DNA of 64,000 bases, taken from Elusimicrobiota bacterium. Lineage in GTDB: Bacteria; Elusimicrobiota; Elusimicrobia; UBA1565; UBA9628. Each line of letters opens with the position of its first letter. The stretch's first letter is position 1. Location of the stretch: contig JAHFCF010000006.1 in assembly GCA_023249645.1 (NCBI GenBank), forward strand, positions 56,124 through 120,123, in the 5' to 3' direction. A program made the translations under genes and the position numbers. The notes beneath the pieces were generated by a model, which was not told the DNA's origin, did no database searches, and saw nothing but the letters and a program-made list of their open reading frames with translations. Positions 1 through 9,033 of this stretch are shown piece after piece.

Positions 1-344
1 GGCATCGGCCCCAGGATCCCGCAGGGCCTGGCTGGAGAGCCAGTTCTGGCAGAAGCGGCAGGAGAAGTTGCAGCCGAGCATGCCGAAGGAAAGGGCGCTC
101 TCTCCCGGCAGGACATGGAAGAAGGGTTTTTTCTCGATGGGATCGGCCTGCAGGCCGCAGACATAGCCGTCCGGGACCATGAGCTTGCCCTTCCGGTTGA
201 AGCGCACGCGGCAGATGCCGGTCTTGCCTTCCAGGATGCGGCATTCATGGCCGCAGGCCCAGCAGTGCAGCCGCCCATCGGGCTCCTTTTCGTAGAGTTC
301 GCCCTCTTGGGCAAGCTTCTGTACGGCTTCTTCCACGGAGGTCA
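1..344 (-). CDS. amrS: AmmeMemoRadiSam system radical SAM enzyme, N-terminal part only (gene runs past the window edge)
   Basis: Reverse complement of 1..344 translates as MTSVEEAVQKLAQEGELYEKEPDGRLHCWACGHECRILEGKTGICRVRF...SFGMLGCNFSCRFCQNWLSSQALRDPGADA, with the CxxxCxxC radical-SAM motif. Its ATG at 344 overlaps the stop of the upstream MEMO/AMMECR1 gene. It is missing from the ORF track only because the window edge truncates it. The + ORF 115..405 is its antisense shadow. Confidence 0.75.
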
Positions 345-1757
345 TTGTTCCTCGAAGGTCGAGACCCTGAAGATGGAGAGTGCGGCGTCGGGTCGCTTCC
401 AATAATCTGCGGGCAGGCCCGCCTTGTCCTGGCACAAAGACGACATGAACTCCTCTCGATCAGGGAGTTTTTCCCAAACCTGGGGCAAATAGAGTCCTTG
501 GCGGCCGCTTCTGCCGACGATCACGCCCAGGCCGGACGCGATCTCGTCGGGTTGGGCAGGCTGCGGCTCTGAGAGGATCGAGATCTCGGCGCGCAGATGG
601 GAGAGTTCTTCGTCATCGACAGAGGGGAAACGAGGATCTTCGAAAGCGCTGACCTGGGCATATCGGGCAACCGCGTTGGCTAAAGTATCCTGAGGAACGG
701 TTGTGCCGATGCAGCCGCGCAGTCCGCCATTCTTCGTCCAGGTGACGAAGACGGCGGCCGGGAGATTGAAACGGGGCCTGTCAAAGAGTCTGTGGGTGGA
801 TTTCCTTCCTTTCAAGCGGTCTCGCACGCTTTCGCGCGCCAAGGCCAAAAGCTCGGCTTTCTCCTTAGGCGTCAAGTCCTGTGTGGGCCAGGGCCGTCTT
901 TGACCGCGCTTCAGCAGAAGAGCGGCTCCGTAGCCCACGGTCCGCGACTCATCGCCCGCGAGGTCCGCCGAGTTCATGCAGGCCAGGGGCTCTCCCCAAT
1001 CAGAGCCGAGAGCGACGGCGGCGCTTTGGACGGCGGCGGCAGCCGACGAGCCGCACCAAGCGCAATGCAGGTCCGGGACCTGGAGCTTCATGAGGAATTC
1101 CTCCGTCTTGAAGAGGAACTTCGGGTCCAGGGTCAGGAAGCTCTCCAACGAGGCCGGGTCCACCTGCCGGGCGACGGAGAGCGGGGGATAGTGTGAAAGA
1201 TCGCTGGCCGCGAGGATGAGGGCCTTCTTGCCTTTGAGCGCCGCGGCCAAGGCCTGCCCGAAGCGTTGGGCTTCTGGAAGGCTCTGGCTGTTGGCCGCGA
1301 CGGGAATCAGCGAGAATCTTTTCTTGAAGGTTTTTTGGAGGAAGGGGAGCACGACCTCGATGGAGTGCTCCTCTTCATGGGCTTGGGCGGACAGCTGGGC
1401 TCCAGCCTTGAGGAGTTCGGCGTTTTCCGTTTGGGAGACCGGCACCTCGCCCAAAGGCGTGCGAAAAGCCGCGTGATCATCCAAAAAGAAGCCCTGGCTG
1501 GAGGCAAAATGCGCGGTGCCCACGATGGCGATGATGTCGGGTTCCAGGCCGGAGAGCGCGCGGCAGAGCCTGGCCGTGGCCGGGCCGGAGAATTCATGGC
1601 CCGCGTGGGGCGAGAGTCCGGCGATGATGCGGCCTTCGACGCGCTGCGCAGGCGCGTCATCGAGCATGCGTTGGACCATGGCGGAGAGCCGGGCAGGGTC
1701 TGCGGGATAGAACCGGCCGGCAGCGGCAGGGGGGCGTGCGCGGGGTTCAGCCATCAA
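342..1757 (-). CDS. Fusion protein: AmmeMemoRadiSam system protein B (MEMO1-like, N-terminal) plus AMMECR1 domain (AmrA, C-terminal)
   Basis: The N-terminus (RFYPADPARL...IAGLSPHAGHEFSG...LSHYPP) matches the MEMO1 family. The C-terminus (LPAAVFVTWTKNGGLRGCIGTTVP...FEDPRFPSVDDEEL...ISILSEP) matches the AMMECR1 signature LRGCIG. Linked radical SAM gene lies immediately downstream. Confidence 0.8.
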   Translation of the reverse strand: MMAEPRARPPAAAGRFYPADPARLSAMVQRMLDDAPAQRVEGRIIAGLSPHAGHEFSGPATARLCRALSGLEPDIIAIVGTAHFASSQGFFLDDHAAFRTPLGEVPVSQTENAELLKAGAQLSAQAHEEEHSIEVVLPFLQKTFKKRFSLIPVAANSQSLPEAQRFGQALAAALKGKKALILAASDLSHYPPLSVARQVDPASLESFLTLDPKFLFKTEEFLMKLQVPDLHCAWCGSSAAAAVQSAAVALGSDWGEPLACMNSADLAGDESRTVGYGAALLLKRGQRRPWPTQDLTPKEKAELLALARESVRDRLKGRKSTHRLFDRPRFNLPAAVFVTWTKNGGLRGCIGTTVPQDTLANAVARYAQVSAFEDPRFPSVDDEELSHLRAEISILSEPQPAQPDEIASGLGVIVGRSGRQGLYLPQVWEKLPDREEFMSSLCQDKAGLPADYWKRPDAALSIFRVSTFEEQ

Positions 1758-1832
1758 AGAAGAATATCAGGAGTTTGGTTTTGCGTCAAGAGACTCATTG
1801 TTCTCGCGCGCCAAGCAGGAAAAAATTATATG

Positions 1833-1887
1833 ACTGTGTCCGGACACAGTTGTTGGGCGCCAGTGGCCTACTGTGGTCGCCCACAGT
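1833..1887. repeat. Bipartite palindromic element: ACTGTGTCCGGACACAGT (1833-1850), 19-nt spacer, ACTGTGGTCGCCCACAGT (1870-1887); copy 1 of 5
   Basis: Two perfect or near-perfect 18-bp palindromes of the form CTGT-N8-ACAG. They sit between the amrB/A start and the end of gene 1914. The same pair recurs at 17089, 30383 and 60138, and a related single palindrome at 25153. Confidence 0.8.
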
Positions 1888-1913
1888 TCCATCGCTTGGC
1901 GTGCGGGTGGAAA

Positions 1914-2486
1914 TCAAGTACGGGTCTTCAAGCGCAGGGACTTGAGCACAGACTCGAAAGCCGGCAGATCGTCCTTGTAATCCTGGCCCGCGGCCTTGAA
2001 TGCGAGCACGAGGAATCCTTGTTTCAAGGGCAGGATGACGCGGTCCTCGGTGATCAGCGCGTCGAAGGGGGGGAAGGCCGTGCCCGTGGGGATGTCCAGG
2101 GGTTCGATGCGGTGCTTGCGGGAGCTGACGATCCTCGTCGCCGCCCGGCCCGCGATCGTGATCATTCTGGGCTTGGAGACGCGCCAGGCCTTGTCCTGGC
2201 CCAATCGTGCCTGCAGCGTCAGGAGGTAGTCTTGCGCCCCGCTTTGATGGGGCAGGCGCGTGGGGCTGTATTCGTCTTCCGGATGCGTCTCGATGTGGAT
2301 GCCCGGCCGAAAGCCCCGGGTCTTTCCCGGACCCAGGAGACTGGCGAGGCCCTCTTCGACCGGCCCGACGATCCATGGGGCCGGCACGTCATAGGAATAG
2401 GGTGCGCCCTTCGGGCTCACGACAGCGGCCTGAGCCGCTCCGGCGAGGATCAGGACGGCCAGCCTAACGGATGCGGCAGGCAGCAT
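1914..2486 (-). CDS. Hypothetical secreted protein (N-terminal signal peptide)
   Basis: 190-aa ORF with a hydrophobic N-terminus (LAVLILAGAAQAAVV). It overlaps the stop of the upstream paralog gene by 23 nt. No recognisable domain. Confidence 0.45.
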   Translation of the reverse strand: MLPAASVRLAVLILAGAAQAAVVSPKGAPYSYDVPAPWIVGPVEEGLASLLGPGKTRGFRPGIHIETHPEDEYSPTRLPHQSGAQDYLLTLQARLGQDKAWRVSKPRMITIAGRAATRIVSSRKHRIEPLDIPTGTAFPPFDALITEDRVILPLKQGFLVLAFKAAGQDYKDDLPAFESVLKSLRLKTRT

Positions 2487-4197
2487 ATTCCCAGGTTAAA
2501 GGAGATTCCATCAGCATCTCGACCATGATCCTGTTTTTTTTGGCTTCATTGAGCTTGGGAGCCGCCAGCCGCATGGAGAGCTCATCATACTTGAGGCGCA
2601 TGTTCTGGATGCTTGGATCGCTTTTTTTGAGGGCTTCGCACTCCGCGTGTTTGGCGGACCGCCATTCATCATTGAGGTGGCGCGCCTCTTGGTCAAAGCG
2701 CTCATCGACGGCCAATTGCGCAAGCTTCTCCTCGTCCTTGTCTTGCCGAGCTGATTGCTTTTGCTGATCCAGCGTCACTTGGCCAGCCTGTATTTCCTTC
2801 TTTGGATCAGCGCCATAATACCTGGAAATGAGATCTGCTCGGAAATCAGCAGAGGAGTCTTGAAACTTGTGGAAAATGTCCATCTCTCCATCGGGAAGAA
2901 GGTGGCCGCGTTTTTCCTTGAGTGCGTCGATGGCTTTGCGGTCAGTCTCGATCTGCGAGGGTGCAAGAGGGGTTCCTGAACTCTGAAGATCCTCTTCGAG
3001 TGCTTGGATCTTTTCGTTTAATTCCTGCATTTTATTGGAATAATAACGGTACTCCATCATCCAGGCATAGGTTTCATTGGCGTATTCATTGGTTTTGGGG
3101 TATACATTGTTTCCTCCGCCATGGGATCTGACATGGACGTGGCCCGCTTCATGGAGGAATGTGGCCGCCAAACATTCAATGGAAAAACGTTCCTTGGAGA
3201 TGGCCTCGATCGGCCGGATGATGATTTTGTAGCGGACGGTGTAGTCTGCATTTCGGAGAAGCTGTCCGTTCTGGTCCTTGGCTGTCGTCGTGATCGCGAA
3301 GTTGGGCGATGCGGGGTCCCATTGGATGATGGTGTGATTGCTCGCTACGGCTTCGATGGCTCGCCGCGCATCGGCCAGGGCGATGAGGTCCGTGTGCGGC
3401 GGCCGGCCTGAATCCACGGGCACGGCATGGACGGCCTCCCGCATCAGGGCGAGGATGGAGGCGTCGTAGACCGTGGACAGGGAGTCGACCTGCTGGAGGA
3501 GTTGGGCCTTGATCTGGGCGGGCGTCTGGACTTCGAAAGGCGCATGATCGGATAGGAAGCTGGACTTAATCACCGGCCAGTCAACCGTGTTTTTTCGATC
3601 GGCGCCGTCGAAGTGCGCGGAGAGCAGATAGAAGGCATTCATGCTGGAGGCTTTGTCAATGCCGAGGGGTTGGGACATCCAGGCAGATTGAGCCAGATGC
3701 AGTCCGAATCTTTTGAGCGCCGCGTGCGCGCGCGCCAGGCGTTTCTGCAGGCGCTCTCTTTTGGCCCGGACCGGGAGGGCGGTCGCATCCGCGGCGTCGA
3801 TGATGAATCGCGCGGTCTGGGCCAGGGTGAGCTGCTCTTCGGGCTGGGACATGATGAACGCGACGCGCTTCATCCTCAGGTATTCTTCCGGCGAAAGGCC
3901 CGAGAGCGCTTGCTCGCAGGCGCGGCTCCAGTCTTTGTCCGTGAGGCCGATCGCCGGCGCTTCCTGCCGGTCATAGCGTTCCCGGCATTTTTCCTGCGCC
4001 ACGGCTAGGATGTCCGTGGAGAGCATGGTCCGGCATTGCCAGTCCCAGTCGGCTCGGGTCAGGCCGTAGGGGGCTTCGTAGGATTTCTTGTATCGGCTCG
4101 AGCATCCGGCGGGGTCGAACGGCTGCGCCCGCAGCGATGGCGCGGCCCAGAAGACTGCGAGAAGAAGAAAAAAGCGTTTAACGGATCCGGCAGGCAT
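2464..4197 (-). CDS. Secreted HExxH-motif protein, putative zinc metallopeptidase-like (paralog A of a tandem pair)
   Basis: 577 aa with signal peptide MPAGSVKRFFLLLAVFWAAPSLRAQ. Carries a duplicated N-terminal motif C..RY..x..Y.L.R..WD..C, an FLHEAGHVHV motif and a C-terminal EYAACRIR tail. Collinear with paralog B at HTDLIAL, NHTII, YYGADPKKE and ACRIR. Confidence 0.55.
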   Translation of the reverse strand: MPAGSVKRFFLLLAVFWAAPSLRAQPFDPAGCSSRYKKSYEAPYGLTRADWDWQCRTMLSTDILAVAQEKCRERYDRQEAPAIGLTDKDWSRACEQALSGLSPEEYLRMKRVAFIMSQPEEQLTLAQTARFIIDAADATALPVRAKRERLQKRLARAHAALKRFGLHLAQSAWMSQPLGIDKASSMNAFYLLSAHFDGADRKNTVDWPVIKSSFLSDHAPFEVQTPAQIKAQLLQQVDSLSTVYDASILALMREAVHAVPVDSGRPPHTDLIALADARRAIEAVASNHTIIQWDPASPNFAITTTAKDQNGQLLRNADYTVRYKIIIRPIEAISKERFSIECLAATFLHEAGHVHVRSHGGGNNVYPKTNEYANETYAWMMEYRYYSNKMQELNEKIQALEEDLQSSGTPLAPSQIETDRKAIDALKEKRGHLLPDGEMDIFHKFQDSSADFRADLISRYYGADPKKEIQAGQVTLDQQKQSARQDKDEEKLAQLAVDERFDQEARHLNDEWRSAKHAECEALKKSDPSIQNMRLKYDELSMRLAAPKLNEAKKNRIMVEMLMESPLTWEYAACRIR

Positions 4198-5959
4198 CGT
4201 AGCTCTCCATTAACTTGTTATAGGCGAGATTCAGTTGTGCCCCTCGTCGGTTGAGCGCGTTTTTTTGGGATTCCGATAGTCCGGGTTCATGGGTTCGGAT
4301 GACAATGATGTTGATCTTTTTTCTCAAGTCATTGACGACAGGATCGTTGATGAGCAGGGATCGGCATTCCTCTTTTTTGGCAGTGCGCCATTCTTGGTCG
4401 CGTTGGCGTGTTTCAGCTTCGAAGTCCTCATCCGTGGCCAGTTCTTTGAGCACGGCTGCGCTTTTGATGTCCAGCGCCCATTTTTTTTGCTGCAGGATCG
4501 TCACCTGGCCGGGAAAGATTTCATCTTCTTTGGGGTCAGTGCCATAGTAATCACGGATCATCTCTTCGCGAAACTCAGCAGGCGAGCTCTGGAATGTTTC
4601 CAGGCCGAGCATTTCGGTCTCTGGCATGAAATGGTCCCGCAGGCGTGTGAGCGCTGCAATGGTTTTTGTGAGGTGTTTGCGATCGACCCAAGTCAGAGGG
4701 CTTGGCGAATGGTCGAGATTTTGAGTCAGTCTTTTTATTTGTTCGTTGAACCTCTGGCGCTTGTTCGAGAAATAACGCGCTTCCATTTGATGGGCGTGTA
4801 TTTCATCCGTGTAATTGTTTTTTCCTCCTCCTTGAGCATTGAGATGCACATGGCCGCCGACTTCATGCAAAAGAACTCCAGCTAAAAATTCCAGCGGGTA
4901 ACGGCTCGTTGTGCAAGGCTCTCCGGGTTTGATGGATACTTGATAGCGCCAGGTGCCATCCGCGTTTTTTATCGCTGGGCGGGGTAGAGCTTTCTCTGGT
5001 TTATCTGATTCGGTGAACGTTGTGGCGTAGCTTTTTGATTTGCGGTTTAAAACGATGATGGTATGGTTTAAAATGATGGTTTCAATGGTGTCTTGGACAT
5101 CGGATAGGGCGATGAAGTCCGTGTGCGGCAGCAGCCCTGAGTTGATGGGCACGGAATCGACGAGTTCGCGCATCATGGCGATGATCAGGGGATCATAGGT
5201 CCGTCGGCCCTTTTCGTCTTTGAGCGTGTTCAGGGAGGATATTTGGGCCAGGAGACGAGTCTTGACTTGGAACGGGTCCGGGCGCGTCGGTGCGGCCAGG
5301 CGCGGGGCCGGGCGTTTGGACGCGAGAAAAATGGGGGAAAGCCTGGAGGGCGTCAGGCCGGCGTTGTCAAAGAAATGCGCTGCTTTCCGGTGGAATTCCT
5401 CCGAGGTCTTGGCTTGACCCATCTCGACGGGGAGCGCTCTCAAGTCCGACTCGGCCAAGGAATGTGAGAATCTTTGCCTGGCGGCTTCGGCTTGTTTGAG
5501 GCGGATATGCCACCGTGCCCTTTGTATCAGAATTTTTGGATCCTTCGAATCACTCGTGTCGAACATGAAATCGAAGACATCAGCCACGGTGATCTTATTG
5601 TCCGGCTTTGAGAGGAAACCCCGGATGCGCTGAGCCCGCAGGTATTGTTCCGGGGACACGAATTCCTTCTGCGCTTGATCGCAGTAATCGCGCTCCCACA
5701 TCTCCCTGGTCAGACCGATGTTCTTGCCCTCGTCAGGGTCGTATTTCGCCTTGCATATCTCCTGGGCGATGATCCGGATGTCCGCGGGGACCATCCCCTC
5801 TTCGCATTTGGAATCCCACTCCTCTCGGTTTAAGGAATAAGTCCGATAGGTGTCTTTATACCGTCGTTTGCAATCTTCGATATAGACGGGCGTGACCCCC
5901 CAGGCGCGCGGGGCCATGAGGATCGCGAGAAGGATCAAATAGCGCGCGTGGTTGTGCAT
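4178..5959 (-). CDS. Secreted HExxH-like-motif protein, paralog B of the tandem pair
   Basis: The ORF track gives 4178..6007. The start is more likely the ATG at 5959 (MHNHARYLILLAILMAPRAWG signal peptide, with an AGAGG RBS 10 nt upstream). Motifs: LLHEVGGHVHL, HTDFIAL, NHTII, YYGTDPKED, C-terminal SYDACRIR. Shares the N-terminal Cys-repeat module with paralog A. Confidence 0.55.
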   Translation of the reverse strand: MHNHARYLILLAILMAPRAWGVTPVYIEDCKRRYKDTYRTYSLNREEWDSKCEEGMVPADIRIIAQEICKAKYDPDEGKNIGLTREMWERDYCDQAQKEFVSPEQYLRAQRIRGFLSKPDNKITVADVFDFMFDTSDSKDPKILIQRARWHIRLKQAEAARQRFSHSLAESDLRALPVEMGQAKTSEEFHRKAAHFFDNAGLTPSRLSPIFLASKRPAPRLAAPTRPDPFQVKTRLLAQISSLNTLKDEKGRRTYDPLIIAMMRELVDSVPINSGLLPHTDFIALSDVQDTIETIILNHTIIVLNRKSKSYATTFTESDKPEKALPRPAIKNADGTWRYQVSIKPGEPCTTSRYPLEFLAGVLLHEVGGHVHLNAQGGGKNNYTDEIHAHQMEARYFSNKRQRFNEQIKRLTQNLDHSPSPLTWVDRKHLTKTIAALTRLRDHFMPETEMLGLETFQSSPAEFREEMIRDYYGTDPKEDEIFPGQVTILQQKKWALDIKSAAVLKELATDEDFEAETRQRDQEWRTAKKEECRSLLINDPVVNDLRKKINIIVIRTHEPGLSESQKNALNRRGAQLNLAYNKLMESYDACRIR

Positions 5960-6012
5960 GGAGAAGCCTCTATAAGGAAAGATAACAGAAGCAGTCACAT
6001 CGCGCATGAGCC

Positions 6013-6098
6013 AAAAGACCTAATTAGGTCTAGGTCCTTTTCCAGCCGCTTTCTAGGTCTAAAGCTCCAGAGAGATTGGAGGTCCGCTGAGCTATGAT
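6013..6098 (+). promoter_or_regulatory. Promoter region of gene 6134 with a CTAGGTC(C/T) motif array and a -10-like TATGAT (6093-6098)
   Basis: Contains aaaagacctaattaggtctaggtcctttt (including the perfect 16-nt palindrome agacctaattaggtct), ctttctaggtctaaagc and ggaggtccgc, followed by gctATGATgt and an RBS ggagcaagcc ahead of ATG 6134. Confidence 0.35.
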
Positions 6099-6133
6099 GT
6101 AGGCATGTTTGAAAACCGGCGCAGGAGCAAGCC

Positions 6134-7801
6134 ATGAAACGCTTCCTGGCCTTGGCTCTGAGCTTGACGCTATCCGGGATGCCTGTACGCGCCTTTGCCG
6201 TCGTGGTGCCTTCAGGGGTTGGCTCCACGCCGAGGCCATTCATCCTCGCCGGCCTTCGCGCTGATCTGACTGAGCCGCAGAAGCTCATCGCGCGGCAAGT
6301 GGACGCTGCCGTGGCTTCTCTCACGGCTGAGCAGCTCCGCGCGGCTCCGAGCTTGGCAAGATATCGGGGGATCGATTGGGGAGATCCGGGCTACAAGGCG
6401 ATGGCGCGCTACCTGGAATTCTCCATCCTGCCCCAGGATTCCAAACCGGAGGTCCTGGCCGTACGGCTGGAGGAAGCCCGCGCCGGGGCTGGCCAGGCGA
6501 TCCAGGAGCAGATCCGCAAGGCCTTGGAAGATCGGCTGGCGAACATGACTTTGGGGAATCAGGAAGAGGCCGCGGCAGTGCTCGCTGAGTTGGACCGGGA
6601 GATCGCGGAGTTAAAGCTTCGCCAGACGTTCCCGCAGGAGGTCTCTCTGGGCTTTTCACACGCCGCCCTTCGTGTCAATGAGATGCTGCTTCAGATCACC
6701 GCATCCCAGGCTGTGGAGGAGGTCGTCGCGGCGCCGATGCCGCAGGCTGAAGAACGGAGCCTGCTGTCGCTGCCGAAAGGTCCCGCCCCCGAGGTCGTGG
6801 AAGCTGAGATCGTTTCTCCACAGGATGAGTACAGGATCTTCGATAAAGTGCTTTCAGGCCGCAACATCAGCAGGCCTGCCAGCGACCAAGCCAAAGAGCG
6901 GGGCGTCTTTATTCAGAAAAATTATCACGGCGGTGTGGGACAAATCAAGCTCCCTGAGGAAGCCCGGTATGTCGTCTGGTCCGGGGACGGGGAAGAGGGA
7001 ATCTGGCGCAGAAAAGACGACGGTCGCTATGAGAAATTGTCCGCCACGACCATTGCTGATCTGGCGTTGTTGACAAGAAACTTCGCGAGTCAGAAGGCGT
7101 CTGCCCAAGATCAGGCGTTTAATGAAAGGATGTATACCTCAGACCTGGATCTTAGAAAAACAAAGTTCTTGGATGTTCGTGGCCAGGAAATCGAATACGC
7201 CCCATTCTTCATCGTTAAAACTGGTTTATGGAGGGTCAATGCGGCTGCTTACCAGCCACCGAAGCTGCTGAGACCGCTTACTCTCAAAAATCATCTGGCC
7301 GGTGGTTGGTTGAGCCTTACGCTGGCGGCATGGCCTGGTTTTTTCCTTAACCCGGACCTCTTCACCTTGGCCACGCAGGATTTTACGGTCCTTGGATTGC
7401 TTATTGCATCTGGTTGGGCAGGCACAATAATTGTTGGTTTCGTCTTGAAAAAAAGACTGACAAACGATGAACAAGAAAAATTGATTAAGGATAGCCTTCC
7501 AGCTGCTTTCAAGGCATGGGCTTGCACGGATGAGGGGCGGATCCGGGTTTTGCTAACGGCTGCCATGCTCCCATGGTTGGCCCCCGCTGTTGTTTTTGGA
7601 GCCGGTGCTTTTGCTTTATGGTTTCTGCCGCATATGTTGACGGCTTCTCTGGGGACCGGTGTGTATGCCGCTTATTGCGCGCTGCGCGCCGGCCGGAGCT
7701 ATCGGGAAATGACCCAACGCCTTACGGATTGGAAAAAGGCCCAGCTGGGATTTCAGCCGAACGCCAAGGGACTTCCTTATTCAAGGAGCAAGAAGTCATG
7801 A
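6134..7801 (+). CDS. Hypothetical signal-peptide protein with Gln/Glu-rich coiled-coil region and C-terminal transmembrane helices
   Basis: 555 aa with signal peptide MKRFLALALSLTLSGMPVRAFA. The C-terminal 150 aa are hydrophobic (LTLAAWPGFFL..., LGLLIASGWAGTIIVGFVL, LPWLAPAVVFGAGAFALWFL). Its stop overlaps the start of the M28 gene (ATGA). Confidence 0.5.
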   Translation: MKRFLALALSLTLSGMPVRAFAVVVPSGVGSTPRPFILAGLRADLTEPQKLIARQVDAAVASLTAEQLRAAPSLARYRGIDWGDPGYKAMARYLEFSILPQDSKPEVLAVRLEEARAGAGQAIQEQIRKALEDRLANMTLGNQEEAAAVLAELDREIAELKLRQTFPQEVSLGFSHAALRVNEMLLQITASQAVEEVVAAPMPQAEERSLLSLPKGPAPEVVEAEIVSPQDEYRIFDKVLSGRNISRPASDQAKERGVFIQKNYHGGVGQIKLPEEARYVVWSGDGEEGIWRRKDDGRYEKLSATTIADLALLTRNFASQKASAQDQAFNERMYTSDLDLRKTKFLDVRGQEIEYAPFFIVKTGLWRVNAAAYQPPKLLRPLTLKNHLAGGWLSLTLAAWPGFFLNPDLFTLATQDFTVLGLLIASGWAGTIIVGFVLKKRLTNDEQEKLIKDSLPAAFKAWACTDEGRIRVLLTAAMLPWLAPAVVFGAGAFALWFLPHMLTASLGTGVYAAYCALRAGRSYREMTQRLTDWKKAQLGFQPNAKGLPYSRSKKS

Positions 7802-9033
7802 GAATCTCCCTTAGTCTTCTCATCCTCTGTTCCGGGATCGCGTCTGCTGCTTCAGTTCCCGGAGAGAATTTCAAAAAGCCTCCGGTCGGCGCCGAGTTCC
7901 ATGGCAGCGGCGTGCCCGTGCCGCCCGTCCCGATAGCCCCGGCCACGCTCAAATCCGACGCGCCGGGAGCGCCTGCCCCCGACCAAGTCCCCGGTCCCTT
8001 GCCCGCGCCGGCAGTGCCGGCCCCGGTTCCTGTTCCCGTCCCTGAGAAAAAGCCGGTCGCCCCTCATTCTGGCTTGGCCTCGGTCGTTCCTCCGACGATC
8101 AATGCCCAGGACGTGCAGAAGGTCCAGGCCGATCTCACCGCCCTTTACGACAAGGGCCGCCTGACAGATGCCTCCATCGAGAGCTTCGTCGCATCCGTTC
8201 AGGGGACCCTCTCCCGGCACGGCCGCCCGGCGGTCCTGCGGCCCGAAGGCATGCCCACGGACGACCAGGTGGATCAGAATATGAGGAGCGCGCCCATGCG
8301 CTACGAAGACCGCCTGGCCATGGTCGCCGAGATCTTGACAAAGAATGCCGGGGTCAAGCCCGAAGAGCTCGTCTACCAGGACGTGGACGGACAGAAGAAC
8401 ATCTACTGGGTCAAGAAGGGGAGCACGGATCGGGTCATCGTCATCGGTTCGCACCACGACAAGGTGGATGGGCCGAGCCACGGCACCATCGACAATTGGA
8501 CGGGGAGCATGATCATGGCCCATCTCTCTCAGGTCATGCGGGAGTTGGACACGGAGGCCACCTATATCTTCGCCAGCTTCGCGCGCGAGGAGGATGGGCT
8601 GCTGGGCTCGGCCCAGTTCGTGCGGTCGCTGGCGCAGGATGCGAAGCAGAAGATCAATGCCATGCTCAACTTCGACACCTTGGCCGTGGACGGCACCTAC
8701 ACTTTGAAGAACACTCCTCCCTGGAGGATCTATTCCTCACAGCTTCTGCTTGACCTTTTCAGGAAGGTCGCGGAGGCTGAGAAGCTGCCTCTCGAAGAGG
8801 TGGAGCTCGAAGGCGGGGACGCGGACTCAAGCTCGTTTAAGGAATTCACCCACGCCATCACCGTCTTGGGCGCCAGGCCGCCGGGGATCTTCGACAAGAT
8901 CCATTCGGCGGCGGACAACATGTCGGAGTTCTCCCTGCCGCACTACATCAACGCCCTCAAGCTGGGCGTGGCTGTGCTGATGTACTTGAATCACCATGCC
9001 CTTCCGCCTTTCGAGGCCGCTGCCAGGAGTTGA
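7797..9033 (+). CDS. M28 family zinc aminopeptidase, secreted, with Pro/Ala-rich linker
   Basis: The ORF-track start at 7573 is an upstream extension. The likely start is ATG 7797 (MRISLSLLILCSGIASAASVP). M28 ligand motifs are present: GSHHDKVDG (HxD), DNWTG, AREEDGLLGS (EE), NFD, and a C-terminal His. Confidence 0.7.

Noticed and set aside
115-405. ORF-track + strand 96-aa ORF
   Set aside because: Antisense shadow of the amrS radical SAM gene, whose CxxxCxxC motif reads cleanly on the minus strand; no RBS or function.
1833-1887. CTGT-N8-ACAG palindromes as bona fide LexA/SOS boxes
   Set aside because: The pattern matches the gammaproteobacterial LexA box formally. However, none of the adjacent genes is an SOS gene (no recA, lexA, uvr, din), the spacer is GC-rich, and the paired repeat organisation fits REP-like elements better. 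Kept as an alternative only.
1266-2528. 420-aa + strand ORF (and similar long ORFs 11209-12438 -, 19290-20060 +, 22663-23709 -, 29339-30346 -, 42137-43024 +, 43402-44394 -, 48876-49802 +, 59295-60131 +, 61441-62457 +)
   Set aside because: All lie antisense to, or out of frame with, confidently assigned genes. Their composition is Arg/Gly/Ala/Pro-rich, typical of GC-rich shadow frames.
7573-7796. N-terminal 75-aa extension of the M28 peptidase ORF
   Set aside because: Overlaps the C-terminus of the upstream gene. ATG 7797 gives a canonical signal peptide and an ATGA overlap.
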